A DNA stretch of 62,807 bases, filler included, from Phoronis australis (GCA_002633005.1; 5 parts of 5 records of this genome joined end to end with filler, not necessarily neighbours in it), one strand, 5' to 3'; positions 51,301 to 61,790 are shown, counted from the first letter of the whole stretch. Numbers and translations: made by a program. The notes: a model not told the origin generated them from the sequence alone.

Positions 51301-52493
51301 CGACACGTCTGATAATACGAAAACACTTTTGGTGATACGAAGACACGTCTGGTAACACAACGACACGTTTAGCCGCTTTTTATTGAGGTTTTAGTGGTTC
51401 ATCGTCTTTTCACAATCTTTTACTTGTTTCTACTATGTGTAGCTATAACTGAAGAAACGTACATTTCTATAACCCACGTAGACTAGAATTTCCTCATTTC
51501 CACGTGGGCGTTCGCGAAATAAGGTTCACATGAGACCACCTGGGCTGCCTTAAGCCATGCAATTTCCTTGCGAATTAGGCGATTTCATAAAAGATCACGT
51601 AAAATTCTTGCAAATGAAAGACCGGTTAACAAAATGACTTACACTTAAGGGACTGGTTGGTGAGGCAGAAATGTTTAATTATGGGAAAATGTGAACTATA
51701 CTTTCAATATGTCGTCGCATGTGCCTTGCGAGTGGCTACCATTACGGAACGCACCCCTGCATGAATTCCTTTGGTACAGGTCGAATACCGTGTCATTGAA
51801 AGTGCGCTAACTTGCAAGATGCGAGTTTCTCATTAAGATTTTGTATTCACGTGTTACGAATCGATACTCTTGAAAGTGCCGCGTAGTCCTAGTTACCGCT
51901 CTTCATTTCCTTTACAGATGCATCTGGTGCAATTAGTGGCGCGAAGACAAAACACTTTTTGATGCCATATCCTCATCTACATGGTGACGTAGGGACAGCA
52001 ACGGCATTTACGCGCCCCAATACAAATACAGCTTTCCGAGAAACAACGCCTTGCTACTATGGAAACGACAGACTTGGCTCCACCCACTCCCAGCGAGCAA
52101 CAGCTTTAAAGCATTATACCTCTCTCAGTGACAGGCCTTATTTTCCCCACCACGTGACATTTGGCAGCTTTACCGATTATAGTGCCCAGGCTAATACTTT
52201 TGCGACGTCATTTCCGCAAACGTTTTCAGACAACCATTCTTATCAACCAATGAATTCGGTTCATATGCAACAATACTGGAACGAGGCTCACGCGAGATCT
52301 CACCATCACCACGCTGCATTTTCGGACCCATACAGCTATACAGGTTACGGTAGATTCAATTCCGGCTATGACGCCTTTGCTAAAACGTCGCCTTACTTGA
52401 GAAGTCACGCAACCACCTTTCAAGATTACAATCGCAACACCTTCGAAGATAGTCGCCACTTCTACGGTCGGTCACATGATCATGGGCTAGCAG
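27204..52493 (+). CDS. RFX6: RFX6-like winged-helix transcription factor (partial: first exon(s) and 3' end not in this piece)
   Basis: Exons 27204-27300, 27555-27678, 31755-31816, 32716-32793, 33783-33810, 41656-41760, 42617-42694, 43371-43484, 43884-43933, 44577-44677, 47037-47240, 47605-47699, 49164-49404, candidate 50135-50224, 51918-52493. All GT-AG and phase-consistent. RFX6-type motifs: [95 protein letters not shown]. Confidence 0.92.
27555..27678 (+). CDS. RFX6: RFX6 exon, DNA-binding domain ([41 protein letters not shown])
   Basis: ttacag / gtgagt; 124 bp. Confidence 0.95.
28528..30745 (+). mobile_element. HINE/DINE-1-like element in an RFX6 intron (diverged copy)
   Basis: 5' CCCACAT..ATATGTGGGCGCATTATGCCGTCATC plus CCGT repeats; 3' GTGGGCGCATTTCAACGCTC; CTAGTGGC-core units. 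Same family as 18321-19619, opposite orientation. Confidence 0.7.
30335..30527. repeat. 26-bp minisatellite, ~7.5 copies
   Basis: Unit GTGTTCCTATGGAGATGGCAACAGAT. Confidence 0.95.
31078..31197. repeat. 39-bp tandem repeat, 3 copies
   Basis: Unit approx. ACTAATAGATAATGGACGACTCAGTATTGACTAGGTGGT. Confidence 0.85.
31755..31816 (+). CDS. RFX6: RFX6 exon ([21 protein letters not shown])
   Basis: ccgcag / gtaagt; 62 bp. Confidence 0.95.
32004..32126. repeat. ~46-bp tandem repeat, ~2.6 copies
   Basis: Unit approx. ACTTCCGTTATGAAGTGATGTTGACTGGCTAACAAACACTAAGGTC. Confidence 0.85.
32716..32793 (+). CDS. RFX6: RFX6 exon ([26 protein letters not shown])
   Basis: acacag / gtagga; 78 bp. Confidence 0.95.
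33783..33810 (+). CDS. RFX6: RFX6 28-bp micro-exon (FSGVKIKTE)
   Basis: tttttgtag / gtaagt; bridges phase 2 to phase 0. A duplicate acceptor lies 45 bp upstream at 33738. Confidence 0.9.
34019..34706. repeat. 43-44-bp palindrome-containing minisatellite, ~16 copies
   Basis: Unit approx. AACATTCGTGCCGGGCAGGCTGTATAGCCTGCCTACCATTACTT, containing GGCAGGCT-GTAT-AGCCTGCC. Confidence 0.95.
36135..36440. repeat. Degenerate ~50-58-bp tandem repeat, ~5 copies
   Basis: Recurrent TTTTAGTCTGATGGAATGGTCCAT..CGCACTGT..AGAGTTAAGTG. Confidence 0.7.
36715..36822 (-). mobile_element. tRNA-derived SINE head
   Basis: On the minus strand: Pol III A-box TGGCCTAGTGG (36802-36812), B-box GGTTTGAATCC (36759-36769), then a CCCTTGAGC core-like segment. 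No intact cloverleaf. Confidence 0.55.
37042..37108. repeat. 15-bp tandem repeat, ~4.5 copies
   Basis: Unit ATTGAACAYACTAAT. Confidence 0.85.
38440..38830 (+). mobile_element. Tc1-like DDE transposase relic
   Basis: Frameshifted pieces HGSRPCHT / [15 protein letters not shown](W) / ..PDL match, from recall, the Tc1 QDGAPCHT..KV......I.VL.WP.QSPDLNPIEN region. Confidence 0.6.
41656..41760 (+). CDS. RFX6: RFX6 exon ([35 protein letters not shown])
   Basis: tttcag / gtaacg; 105 bp. Confidence 0.93.
41906..42097. repeat. 17-bp minisatellite, ~11 copies
   Basis: Unit TACTGTTAAGACATGAG. Confidence 0.95.
42617..42694 (+). CDS. RFX6: RFX6 exon ([26 protein letters not shown])
   Basis: ttgtag / gtactt; 78 bp; RFX domain B. 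Confidence 0.93.
43371..43484 (+). CDS. RFX6: RFX6 exon ([38 protein letters not shown])
   Basis: tttcag / gtatac; 114 bp. Confidence 0.93.
43884..43933 (+). CDS. RFX6: RFX6 exon ([17 protein letters not shown])
   Basis: ttgtag / gtaacc; 50 bp. Confidence 0.9.
44416..44529. repeat. 23-bp tandem repeat, ~5 copies
   Basis: Unit GCATACTCTGGGTATTCCTAGTT. Confidence 0.9.
44577..44677 (+). CDS. RFX6: RFX6 exon ([33 protein letters not shown])
   Basis: ttacag / gtattg; 101 bp. Confidence 0.9.
44917..45712. mobile_element. Palindrome-headed non-autonomous element (possibly Crypton-like)
   Basis: 163-bp hairpin 44917-45079 closed by a perfect 15-bp IR (ATAGATTATTACATG / CATGTAATAATCTAT). A second imperfect IR, TTATACCACA (~45080) / TGGGGTATAA (~45702-45711), follows. 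The family assignment is inference. Confidence 0.45.
47037..47240 (+). CDS. RFX6: RFX6 exon ([54 protein letters not shown]...)
   Basis: tttcag / gtaagt; 204 bp. Confidence 0.92.
47605..47699 (+). CDS. RFX6: RFX6 exon ([32 protein letters not shown])
   Basis: ttgcag / gtaacg; 95 bp. Confidence 0.92.
48025..48510 (+). mobile_element. Partial HINE-family copy
   Basis: ATGCCATCATCCCTGTCCGT(CCGT)n followed by CCTAGTGGCAATTTT-core units homologous to 28528-30745. Confidence 0.65.
49164..49404 (+). CDS. RFX6: RFX6 exon, dimerisation domain ([52 protein letters not shown]...MKNA)
   Basis: caacag / gtacag; 241 bp. Confidence 0.95.
50135..50224 (+). CDS. RFX6: Candidate RFX6 cassette exon ([30 protein letters not shown])
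   Basis: tgtttag / gtaact; 90 bp, symmetric phase 1-1, open in the RFX frame; basic KGKKRK cluster. No homology support. Confidence 0.55.
50865..51368. repeat. 20-bp minisatellite, ~25 copies
   Basis: Unit approx. CGACGACACGTCTGRTAATA. Confidence 0.9.
51918..52493 (+). CDS. RFX6: RFX6 large C-terminal exon (Tyr/His/Ser/Thr-rich)
   Basis: tttacag / gtaaat; 576 bp open frame (includes ORF 51959 onward), phase 1-1 compatible with the preceding exon. Confidence 0.75.
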
Positions 52494-53046
52494 GTAAATG
52501 TTTTATGTTTAACATTTTTGTTCAAAGCAACCGGCGGATCTACTGTGAGAATAATGGCAACCAACTCAAAGCAAGGCTCCATCGTGCAGAGGCAGCGGCT
52601 CACAATTTGACGGTTCAAACAGAAAATTGCAAAATTCCTGAAGCGTGGTCAAGGGAGGGCGACAGCAATCCCTGATCATGTTTCAGCAACCAAAATGTGT
52701 TGATACGCTACTGATTAAGGTGTTCGTGGACATTTTTAATACAACCGGTCCTGCCCGGTATAATACGCTACAAAGTGTGCCTGGCTTCACAACGCAGTTT
52801 CGTGGTTATAGGCCTCCCGGGTAACTAGTACATCTAGTTGGAACACTCGAAATTCCTGAGCGCATCATAATTCTAGTTAACACACTGGCCTCACTATTTA
52901 ACTGAAAGTATTTTCCAATAACAAAGTAGGTGTAAGTATCCCTGCTCATTAATTATGCCTGCTCATTATGTCATCCTTCTAAATAATTGCCGACACAACA
53001 GGAGCAGGTAATACCCTATTCAAAACGGTGTTAACAACATGTTTGT

Positions 53047-53146
53047 NNNNNNNNNNNNNNNNNNNNNNNNNNNNNNNNNNNNNNNNNNNNTTAATTAATT
53101 AANNNNNNNNNNNNNNNNNNNNNNNNNNNNNNNNNNNNNNNNNNNN
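53047..53146. other. Artificial contig linker
   Basis: 44 N + TTAATTAATTAA (53091-53102) + 44 N. Confidence 0.95.
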
Positions 53147-53335
53147 CTAAAAAGAATGAAGCAGAATTTCTTCAAAATAAACTTCCACAATTCTGTGCAA
53201 TCGTAAGCTAAACAGAAAAAAAACTGCCACGAGAACAGACAGTATTTGTAGGTTATACAATACAATTCAACAGCTTAAGTTAGTATGTGGAAACAAAGGC
53301 CGACTTCCAAGTGACGCGTCCATCATACAGCCTAC

Positions 53336-53521
53336 CTGAACCAGATGTATGAGCCACCTGAGAGCAGCCAGCAGGTGTGGCCAGGTGTGGGGAGAGCCAA
53401 CGGAGAACATGGACTGTTTAGAGATGGTGAACGGGTAGTGGAGAGACTTGAAGATCTTGGGGATCTCTTCCTCGTGTTTTGGGCCTATCTTGTACTTGGG
53501 GTCTACGAACTGCATCATGAA
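53336..53521 (-). CDS. NDC80: Kinetochore protein NDC80/HEC1 exon, CH domain (FMMQFVDPKYKIGPKHEEEIPKIFKSLHYPFTISKQSMFSVGSPHTWPHLLAALRWLIHLVQ)
   Basis: EEE.P.IFK.L.YPF..SK..M..VG.PHTWPH..AAL.WL signature; ttccag / gtaggc; 186 bp, phase 0-0. Confidence 0.95.
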
Positions 53522-53844
53522 CTGGAATGGGGTAAGAGTGCTGGTTAGCGAGACAACTTCAACACATCCAGTCATCTGGGTGAAGTTGGCAAAACACTTT
53601 CAACATACAAATCCTAGACTTTGTGGTGTTTTGAGAAATAAACATCTTAGTCTGCCTAAATTGGCATATACCCTTCAATTATCCAGTTCGTGACTTAAGC
53701 TATCGCAAATGCCAAATGAGTTTGCACAGGTTGAAACACCGGTTTTGAGATCAAAGTCTCAATTCTCTCAAAATTTGACTGCCTGTATTAAATCTCAAAT
53801 TGTCAAATAAGTGTATTGCAATTGTAATCTCACCAATTTTCAAT

Positions 53845-55957
53845 ACAAGAGCAACGCACAGCGTTGAAATGCGCCCACAATTGCATCGCATACGGTATCC
53901 TTCTAGGGTTGTTTATTGGTACCATAAAGTGGCCAGTAGAGGGCATATATGTAGTATGTTGTACTTAGCAAAATGGAAAGGCATGGTCATTGTCTCCTCA
54001 ATAGGCTTGGGGCAAAATGTGAGTAATCTTCATAATACAAGCACATCCTATACACCAGTTGCTTAAAGCACCACAGAAACATAGAATTAAAAACAAATTT
54101 ACCAACATACGAGATTAGCACAGCATTAGAATGCCAGAAACAAATTTCTACTTGGAACTTTTCCTTCATAGTCACGAAGTAACACAAGTATACACCTGAA
54201 GACCTATGAAAATACAGAGGTCAATGTAAAATACTATAAATTGCCACTAGAGGCAAATACTAAAATTGCCACTAGACGCATACCGGTAGTCAGAATCATC
54301 CTAAAGTCGTCATCGTCCGTTGTCAACATCACATAAATACACTTGCTAAATTAGTAAAGATCCTGCAAACGGTTTGGGAGATACAACCACGGGCGCAAAA
54401 AAAACAAAGTGCCACTAGGAGGTGCCACAGTAGTCCAAATCGTCTGAAAATCATTGTCAGCTGTCTTCGTTACAGTAAGCACACACACGGCAATTTTCAC
54501 AATCATCCTTTGAGCGGTTTGATTGATAGATGGGTGGATGCAAAATACAGACTCGAAAACAGTAAAAATGGCCACTAGGTGGCGCAAATTATGTCGAATC
54601 TATCTGAAAACGGGAGGATAGCGTCATCTCACTAATAGGTGCCTACATACCAAATTTCATGAAAATCCGTTCAGGACTTTTGAAGATACAAAGGTGAGCG
54701 TAAAAAACTAAAATTGCCACTAGGGGGCACACCAGTAGTAGGATCCGTCCAANNNNNNNNNNNNNNNNNNNNNNNNNNNNNNNNNNNNNNNNNNNNNNNN
54801 NNNNNNNNNNNNNNNNNNNNNNNNNNNNNNNNNNNNNNNNNNNNNNNNNNNNNNNNNNNNNNNNNNNNNNNNNNNNNNNNNNNNNNNNNNNNNNNNNNNN
54901 NNNNNNNNNNNNNNNNNNNNNNNNNNNNNNNNNNNNNNNNNNNNNNNNNNNNNNNNNNNNNNNNNNNNNNNNNNNNNNNNNNNNNNNNNNNNNNNNNNNN
55001 NNNNNNNNNNNNNNNNNNNNNNNNNNNNNNNNNNNNNNNNNNNNNNNNNNNNNNNNNNNNNNNNNNNNNNNNNNNNNNNNNNNNNNNNNNNNNNNNNNNN
55101 NNNNNNNNNNNNNNNNNNNNNNNNNNNNNNNNNNNNNNNNNNNNNNNNNNNNNNNNNNNNNNNNNNNNNNNNNNNNNNNNNNNNNNNNNNNNNNNNNNNN
55201 NNNNNNNNNNNNNNNNNNNNNNNNNNNNNNNNNNNNNNNNNNNNNNNNNNNNNNNNNNNNNNNNNNNNNNNNNNNNNNNNNNNNNNNNNNNNNNNNNNNN
55301 NNNNNNNNNNNNNNNNNNNNNNNNNNNNNNNNNNNNNNNNNNNNNNNNNNNNNNNNNNNNNNNNNNNNNNNNNNNNNNNNNNNNNNNNNNNNNNNNNNNN
55401 NNNNNNNNNNNNNNNNNNNNNNNNNNNNNNNNNNNNNNNNNNNNNNNNNNNNNNNNNNNNNNNNNNNNNNNNNNNNNNNNNNNNNNNNNNNNNNNNNNNN
55501 NNNNNNNNNNNNNNNNNNNNNNNNNNNNNNNNNNNNNNNNNNNGAGCGGTTTGGTTGATAGAGGGGTGGAAGCACAAAAACAGACTCGAAAACAGTAAAA
55601 ATGGCCACTAGGTGGCGCAAACTATGTCGAATCCATCCGAAAACGGCAGGATAGCGTCATCTCACTACTAGGTGCCTACATACCAAATTTCATGAAAATC
55701 CGTTCAGGACTTTTGAAGATACAAAGGTAAGCGTAAAAAACTAAAATTGCCACTAGGGGGCACACCGGTAGTCGGATCCGTCCGAAAGTTCGCACATGCC
55801 GTCCCATTCATGAATGGAACATATGTGCCAAATTTCATGAACGTATGTCAAAGGGTTTTGGAGATAGAGCAGCGGACGCCGGACGCCGCCCAGACGGACG
55901 GACGGACAGAGATGACGGCATAATGCGTCCACATATAAATATGTGGGCGCATAAAAA
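53845..55957 (-). mobile_element. Young HINE/DINE-1-like element in the NDC80 intron
   Basis: Termini, hairpins and (GACG)n as in 18321-19619; 53845-54183 is nearly identical to 18321-18659. N gap at 54753-55543. Confidence 0.85.
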
Positions 55958-56071
55958 TTATGATGTTCCCATGATCTACACATTGGTGAACCATCTCTAT
56001 TGTCAATGCCACCTGAGGTGATCTATATCAGCAATGACATATCAAGTTACTACACTTTTACTAGAACTCAC

Positions 56072-56158
56072 TTCAAATATCCTGATGAAATCCTTGGTCT
56101 GTGGAGTGTGCAGCACCTTAGTGCTAATCTGATGTGGATAGCCTTGTTGGCAAAGAAA
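56072..56158 (-). CDS. NDC80: NDC80 exon (FLCQQGYPHQISTKVLHTPQTKDFIRIFE)
   Basis: FL...GY.H..S.K.L..P..KDF..IF motif; ttccag / gtgagt; 87 bp; splices in frame to 53336-53521. Confidence 0.92.
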
Positions 56159-56707
56159 CTGGAACACAGTTGCACAACTTTGCACATTAGTTATATTACG
56201 CGTATTAAAGCATACTGTTTACAGTTCAAGTCGAAAGTGTATGAATTGATTGTTATTTTCAAGTTTCAAGGAAGCCCAAATTTACGGAGTAATGGATCTG
56301 AAGACATCTACTATACTAACAACATGTACACACTCTCAATCACTCCTTAAGGCTGGTCCAAGTTGCAAAAAACTTCAAAGGTTATCCTCTGGATTGTAGC
56401 TTGACGTAATGCGCATTGTTTGACAATGCCGACGTGACATTGTCGTTAATCATGTATCTTTTAAATACAACACCAGGACAGCGGTGCTCTAGTTAGAGTT
56501 TGGACGGCCAATCTGCTAAACAGTAGTACTGTTTTTGAGTCAAAAACAGGACCAGTAACAGACACCTTACTCAGCTTAGTTCCAAGGACAACACAACATT
56601 AATAATATTAGTTCTTGGACAAATTAGAAGAAGTGGAAAACAAAACCAATGCTCTAGTGCAGCATGAAAATTAAGTTTCGATATTAATCAAATATCATCA
56701 GGTACAA

Positions 56708-56807
56708 NNNNNNNNNNNNNNNNNNNNNNNNNNNNNNNNNNNNNNNNNNNNTTAATTAATTAANNNNNNNNNNNNNNNNNNNNNNNNNNNNNNNNNNNNN
56801 NNNNNNN
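56708..56807. other. Artificial contig linker
   Basis: 44 N + TTAATTAATTAA (56752-56763) + 44 N. Confidence 0.95.
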
Positions 56808-57219
56808 CCAAGGGGCTTGGTAGCTACACAAATTGAGGTAGATGCAAAAAATTAATTGCTACAAGGGGGCACAGCTGCAGTCAGATCCATTCATAAGTCA
56901 ATGTAAGCCATGCTTTTAATAATAACAATAATAACAAACTTTATTTATAGAAGATAAAATACAACAAATTTTAAAGACATGCTTTAGCCAAAGGCTAATA
57001 TATAGCATGGTCCACTTACAGCTATAAATTATATTAAATTAATTTAAAAAGATTAAGTTAAGTTACATTAAATTAAAAGAATATTTTGAAAATTAAATTT
57101 ACAAATTGAACTAAAAATAAATTAAAACTTTTACATGGTATACTATGAAATTACTGAAAATAAAGGGAGAGACAGCTATGATCACCACAACCACAAGTAA
57201 CTGATGAGTTTGTGTCTGA

Positions 57220-57730
57220 AGGGCCTTTCATACTAACGTCGATGCGTCGATGGTTTGGGGAGTTGCAGTCAGTATGAATGCTCAACTCGGGTCCTGGATC
57301 GCAGTTAACAGCTCCAGTTAACATCGCAATTAACAGGTGGATTTAACAGCGCAGCGTCAACACTGCGGTGCAGTATGAACACTTAAATTCAGTCCAATCA
57401 AAGTTATCGCCAGGTGCCACTGTTATCGCCAACAGTTACAGGGTTAAGTGCCGTCACCAATAGCTGCTTATATTTTGCACTAATAATAACCAATTGTAAG
57501 AATAAGTTTAATGTCAATTAGCACATGTAAATGTTCCCAAATTGTCATATTGAAAAAAATCTTAGCGTGCAACGCTTCCTTGAAATAACTTCGATGACGA
57601 CAGCATCACCTCCCGATTACTTTGATGTCAGTTAACTACTGAAGCCAGTATGAACGGTCCGGTCCGGTTAACTGTGCTGTTTATGTTGACACTCTGCTTA
57701 AACCGGAGTTAAGTCAATATGAAAGGGCCT
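57220..57730. mobile_element. PIF/Harbinger-like MITE
   Basis: Imperfect TIRs AGGGCCTTTCATACT ... AATATGAAAGGGCCT; TGA/TAA flanks; internal CAGTATGAA repeats. Confidence 0.55.
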
Positions 57731-59199
57731 TAAGTCATCATAAACATCAGCCCTCCTTAAGGCTATTTGGTAGATCATTCCATTGCCAAATGGCTTGAAT
57801 AAAAAAAGACATAAGAGTATAACAAGTTCTATGTCTGGGGACAACAAAATTGTTTGAGGAAGAAAATCTGGTACTGATTTCACATCCAGTAGTGGCTGTT
57901 TTGAACGAGTAATAAGTTACGAGATAAATAAGTCGGTAATATTATATGTGAAAACGCTTATGCATCATACACAAAAGCCTATATATGGTATAAAATATTT
58001 GTCGAGGGAGCCATCCCAGTCTGTTAAACATATGAGTTGATGGAAAGGCACACCAAGAATAAGTCTGGCCACCTACTTCTGAGCCTTCAATAGACAAGGA
58101 ACCAATTTTTCATTGCATCCTGACCACACAGTACCACAATAAATGAAGAAAAGAAATGCACAGGTGCTGAAAGATAACAGAAACACTGACCAAGCAAATT
58201 TAAATGTCATGATTTAAATTCTTAAAAGAGCTATTGGTAGATAAAGGAGCAGGCACAAAAATAACACTGTAGCTGAAGTATAACAGTATTTCAATACCTC
58301 TGAAAATCAACACCACCCAATTTTTCACCATATCACTCACAACCCTTTGAACCGTTTGGCAGATACAAAGGCAAATTATACCAAAAAATGACACCAAATA
58401 GGCACTAGTGGACCAGCAGTATCAGTAGCGTGAATCAAACGACAGCATAATGCAAAATGGCCTTATGCGAAACTCAGAGACTAATCAGAGACTATAATCT
58501 GTACATGCTTTATCACTACCCATTCAAGATGTTTGGACTATTGTTCTGATAATGGAAAGGAATGGCTCGTTTCATAAAGAAACTCGTTAACACTATCACC
58601 TTAATGAGAATGGACAGTGTGACATGACATGTCACCTGCCAAGCCAAGACTTATGGTTTGTCCAGGGACAGAGTGTGCAAAGGCTACTGAGGATGATCTA
58701 TCACAATCGAATACAGTTTTGAAAAAATGTATCAAGAACTCAAAAGATTAGTCACACACTCACAGTGAAAGTTGGAGATAATAAAGTTTCAATAATATTA
58801 TTCTTAATTTCATATGCTTGAAAAGCAATTGACATGAAAGTTTAATTTCATGAGCAAGAACAAAGTAGATACATATGTTTTGCCAAGAATGGGCACATTG
58901 CATTCTGGGCAGAATTAAGGAATTATTATAACTACTTCCGTTCCTGTGAAATAAATAGCTTAACAATCTTACAGAAGTTCTACATAACTGAGATTAACCA
59001 CGGAACTATTACACGTGCACACATTGCTATTACATGTGCATGCTACTTTTGATATAACAGCATATAAAAGAATAAGCTGTGTGTTCAGAAAGATTAGCAA
59101 AATTCAATGGATTTTCACAATCTCGAAAACGATTCAGTTATCAGTGTAAAATACCCATTAAAATCTGTTTTCACACCGGAAACAGTTGTCACAGTGCGA

Positions 59200-59213
59200 G
59201 TTGTCATGGCGAC
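59200..59213. promoter_or_regulatory. X-box (RFX-binding) motif in a promoter-like context
   Basis: GTTGTCATGGCGAC fits RTHNYYWTRRNRAC at 14/14. CCGGAA (59176) and TGCGCATGC (59282) lie nearby. Confidence 0.4.
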
Positions 59214-59659
59214 TCCACTTTAGATGCATTTACACGAGATGGCGAACTGGATAAGCTTGAGTCATTGACATGAAGACTCTCTGCGCATGCAACAGTGAAC
59301 GTCCAAACCGCTTGGAATGCCTAGCGTATCAACTCATACCTATGCTATAACAGTTTGTGTTTAGACGAGTAAATGAAATTAGAGCAGCTGACAGAGTGTG
59401 ACTCACTCTACCTCCCAAATCAGTGTCAAAAATGGCCGTGTTAGTTTCTCCATGACACCTGTCTCCTGAGTAGATGCGACTATAGACCACCAGAGTATCC
59501 CTAAGGAAAGGTATATTTACCTTGGTCATATCATAGACACCAATTAACTGGTTACAGAATCAGGGCACAGCGTGCTACAATTACTCTACTCTCCATTGCT
59601 CAGGTAGAATTCCACCATAATTAGGAACACAGTGACTGTATACCTGCTATTCTCATATT

Positions 59660-59759
59660 NNNNNNNNNNNNNNNNNNNNNNNNNNNNNNNNNNNNNNNNN
59701 NNNTTAATTAATTAANNNNNNNNNNNNNNNNNNNNNNNNNNNNNNNNNNNNNNNNNNNN
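59660..59759. other. Artificial contig linker
   Basis: 44 N + TTAATTAATTAA (59704-59715) + 44 N. Confidence 0.95.
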
Positions 59760-60617
59760 GTCAAAAATAAAGCAATAACAATAACTAGGCCAGACTTACG
59801 TATTGTAAATCACCGAGGACGACTATTGTGCATTGTTGTTTAGGACACAATGACTCGTTTTAACATCAATTTTAACAACGCTCAAACGTGAAAGAGCGCG
59901 TGCTCCAAACGTTCAAAACTACTGTAGTTTGAACAGAACGCCTCGTTTTCAAGCATAGGCGAATTCATGCAAGTAGTGAATAGCCGTGCCACAGTGCACT
60001 GTTTTGTTTCAAAGATTTGGGTGATTTGGTTGAAGATAATATCTGCTATTCGGTAAAATTAAGATTTAGACTCCTTTGGAAATTACACATATGCTACAAG
60101 CTCTTTTCGATTTGATCACAGAAATTACTGTTAGGCTGTAAGGCATTTCAGTAAAAATGAAGTTAAACTCACAAAGTTTGCATATTTTAACATATTTAAT
60201 TAAATTTAACTTCGGAACGTATGGATATATTATCATATTTTACCGACCCAACGATCAAAGTATTTAGTTATAATAACCTTGTCTACCGTCGATAACGCTT
60301 TCACAGTCACACCCATTGTTTTGATAAATTGAATTATGTGAACTTATTAAACATTCAGTATGTTGGCGATAGACTCAAACAGCCGTCTTACGGAAGTCGG
60401 AAAAACGACTGTAGCTGAACCGAAATTTGAATGTTAGCTGACAAGATTCGAGTTTTTGTGAAGTACCCTCCAGGAACGAAAAACGTTCAAGACGTATCAA
60501 GTGATGTCTATTTCTGACTTAACAAAGACACAGCGACGAATAAACAAGGATAGGCTCCTTCAGCACACGGATACATGGGAGTAATTTACATCGACCGACC
60601 ATAACTAACAATACCAT

Positions 60618-60792
60618 AAAATACAGCACAGTACAATGCAGTACAATACAGTACAATACAGTACAATGCAGTGCAATACAGTACAATACTGTACAATACA
60701 GTACAATACAGTGCAGTGCAGTGCAATACAGTACAATACAGTACAGTACAATACAGTGCAATACAGTAAAATACAATACAATACAATACAAT
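60618..60792. repeat. Pentanucleotide microsatellite (CAGTA/CAATA/CAGTG)n
   Basis: Directly visible; it explains the CIVLY-repeat ORFs. Confidence 0.95.
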
Positions 60793-61270
60793 AAAAGTCA
60801 CCGACAGATATACAAACTAAAGTAAGGATGACAAACAATAGTTAGATATACGTAAAAAATAAGCTTAGAACTAAAAAGCACACGAATTGACAAAAAAACG
60901 TGATAACTCATTTCCATCCTGGTCCGTCAAACCAGTATTTGGCACGTGTCAATCTACGACGTATAGTTCCTACAGGTTGCTGTTGAAGGTTCAGTTTAGC
61001 TTACCATTTTGCAAGGTATCTTAAGTTACCTGTTTAATCTGGAACTCAATTAAATTAAAATGCATACATATGTAATAGCATTGGGAAAGAAACAGGCACT
61101 TTATGAAACGAACACAGTGAAGAAGTAAGATTGTCTTCATTGGAAATGAATTCCCAACAGAAGACTTGAAAATGCAGTAGTCGAATCTTTAAAATGATTC
61201 AGTTTCTTTTATATTCCACTGTTTGCATTCGGGCATTCGGCACATGGTTGAGTAACCTTTCTTCCTCAAG

Positions 61271-61381
61271 TCAGCCCAGAGTTTCATTGGCGACTGTAGT
61301 TTTACTCTCGAATTCACACGTCCCACTTGAAAACCCAAATTGCATCAACACCAAGAAATATGTTAGGCAAATTCCATAAAC
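61271..61381 (-). CDS. Gustatory receptor-like (Grl) terminal exon (VYGICLTYFLVLMQFGFSSGTCEFESKTTVANETLG*)
   Basis: TM7 signature TYhhhhhQF (TYFLVLMQF); tttttccag acceptor, phase 0; TGA at 61271-61273. Confidence 0.88.
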   Translation of the reverse strand, partial: VYGICLTYFLVLMQFGFSSGTCEFESKTTVANETLG

Positions 61382-61790
61382 CTGGAAAAACAAAACGATG
61401 GTTACCTTTTATTGAAACCCGTACTTTAGACTTATTAACGAAACACGTGGGAGCAAAAATCAACTTACATTTTTGTCATCAAAATTCAAATATGACCAGG
61501 CAATAATTGTAACCAAGTCACAATTTGAAAACTTGGAGCCTCGAAGCTACTATGTAAAGTTTCCTAAGTATTCATTTTGACTTCCAGTATGAATACAATG
61601 TAAGTATAAACATTTTCCAGTTGACAAAATTCGAGCCTAACAGATAACAACTGAATACCGGCTCCGAAGCCATAAAACAAAGCTTTCGGTCAATGTTTAT
61701 ATTAATTGAAGTCGCAGAGGGTTTCTTTTTTAAAAAAATCACGTTAAATATTTTCGCAACGTGGGGAAAAGTTGGCTGAAGTGAAATTAC

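Noticed and set aside
50820-51358. Repetitive minus-strand ORFs
   Set aside because: Products of the 20-bp minisatellite.
54643-55620. Long ORFs of 285-325 aa (likewise 24431-24952)
   Set aside because: They are open only because they run through N gaps.
60519-60838. Cys/Tyr-rich CIVLY ORFs
   Set aside because: Pentanucleotide microsatellite artefact.
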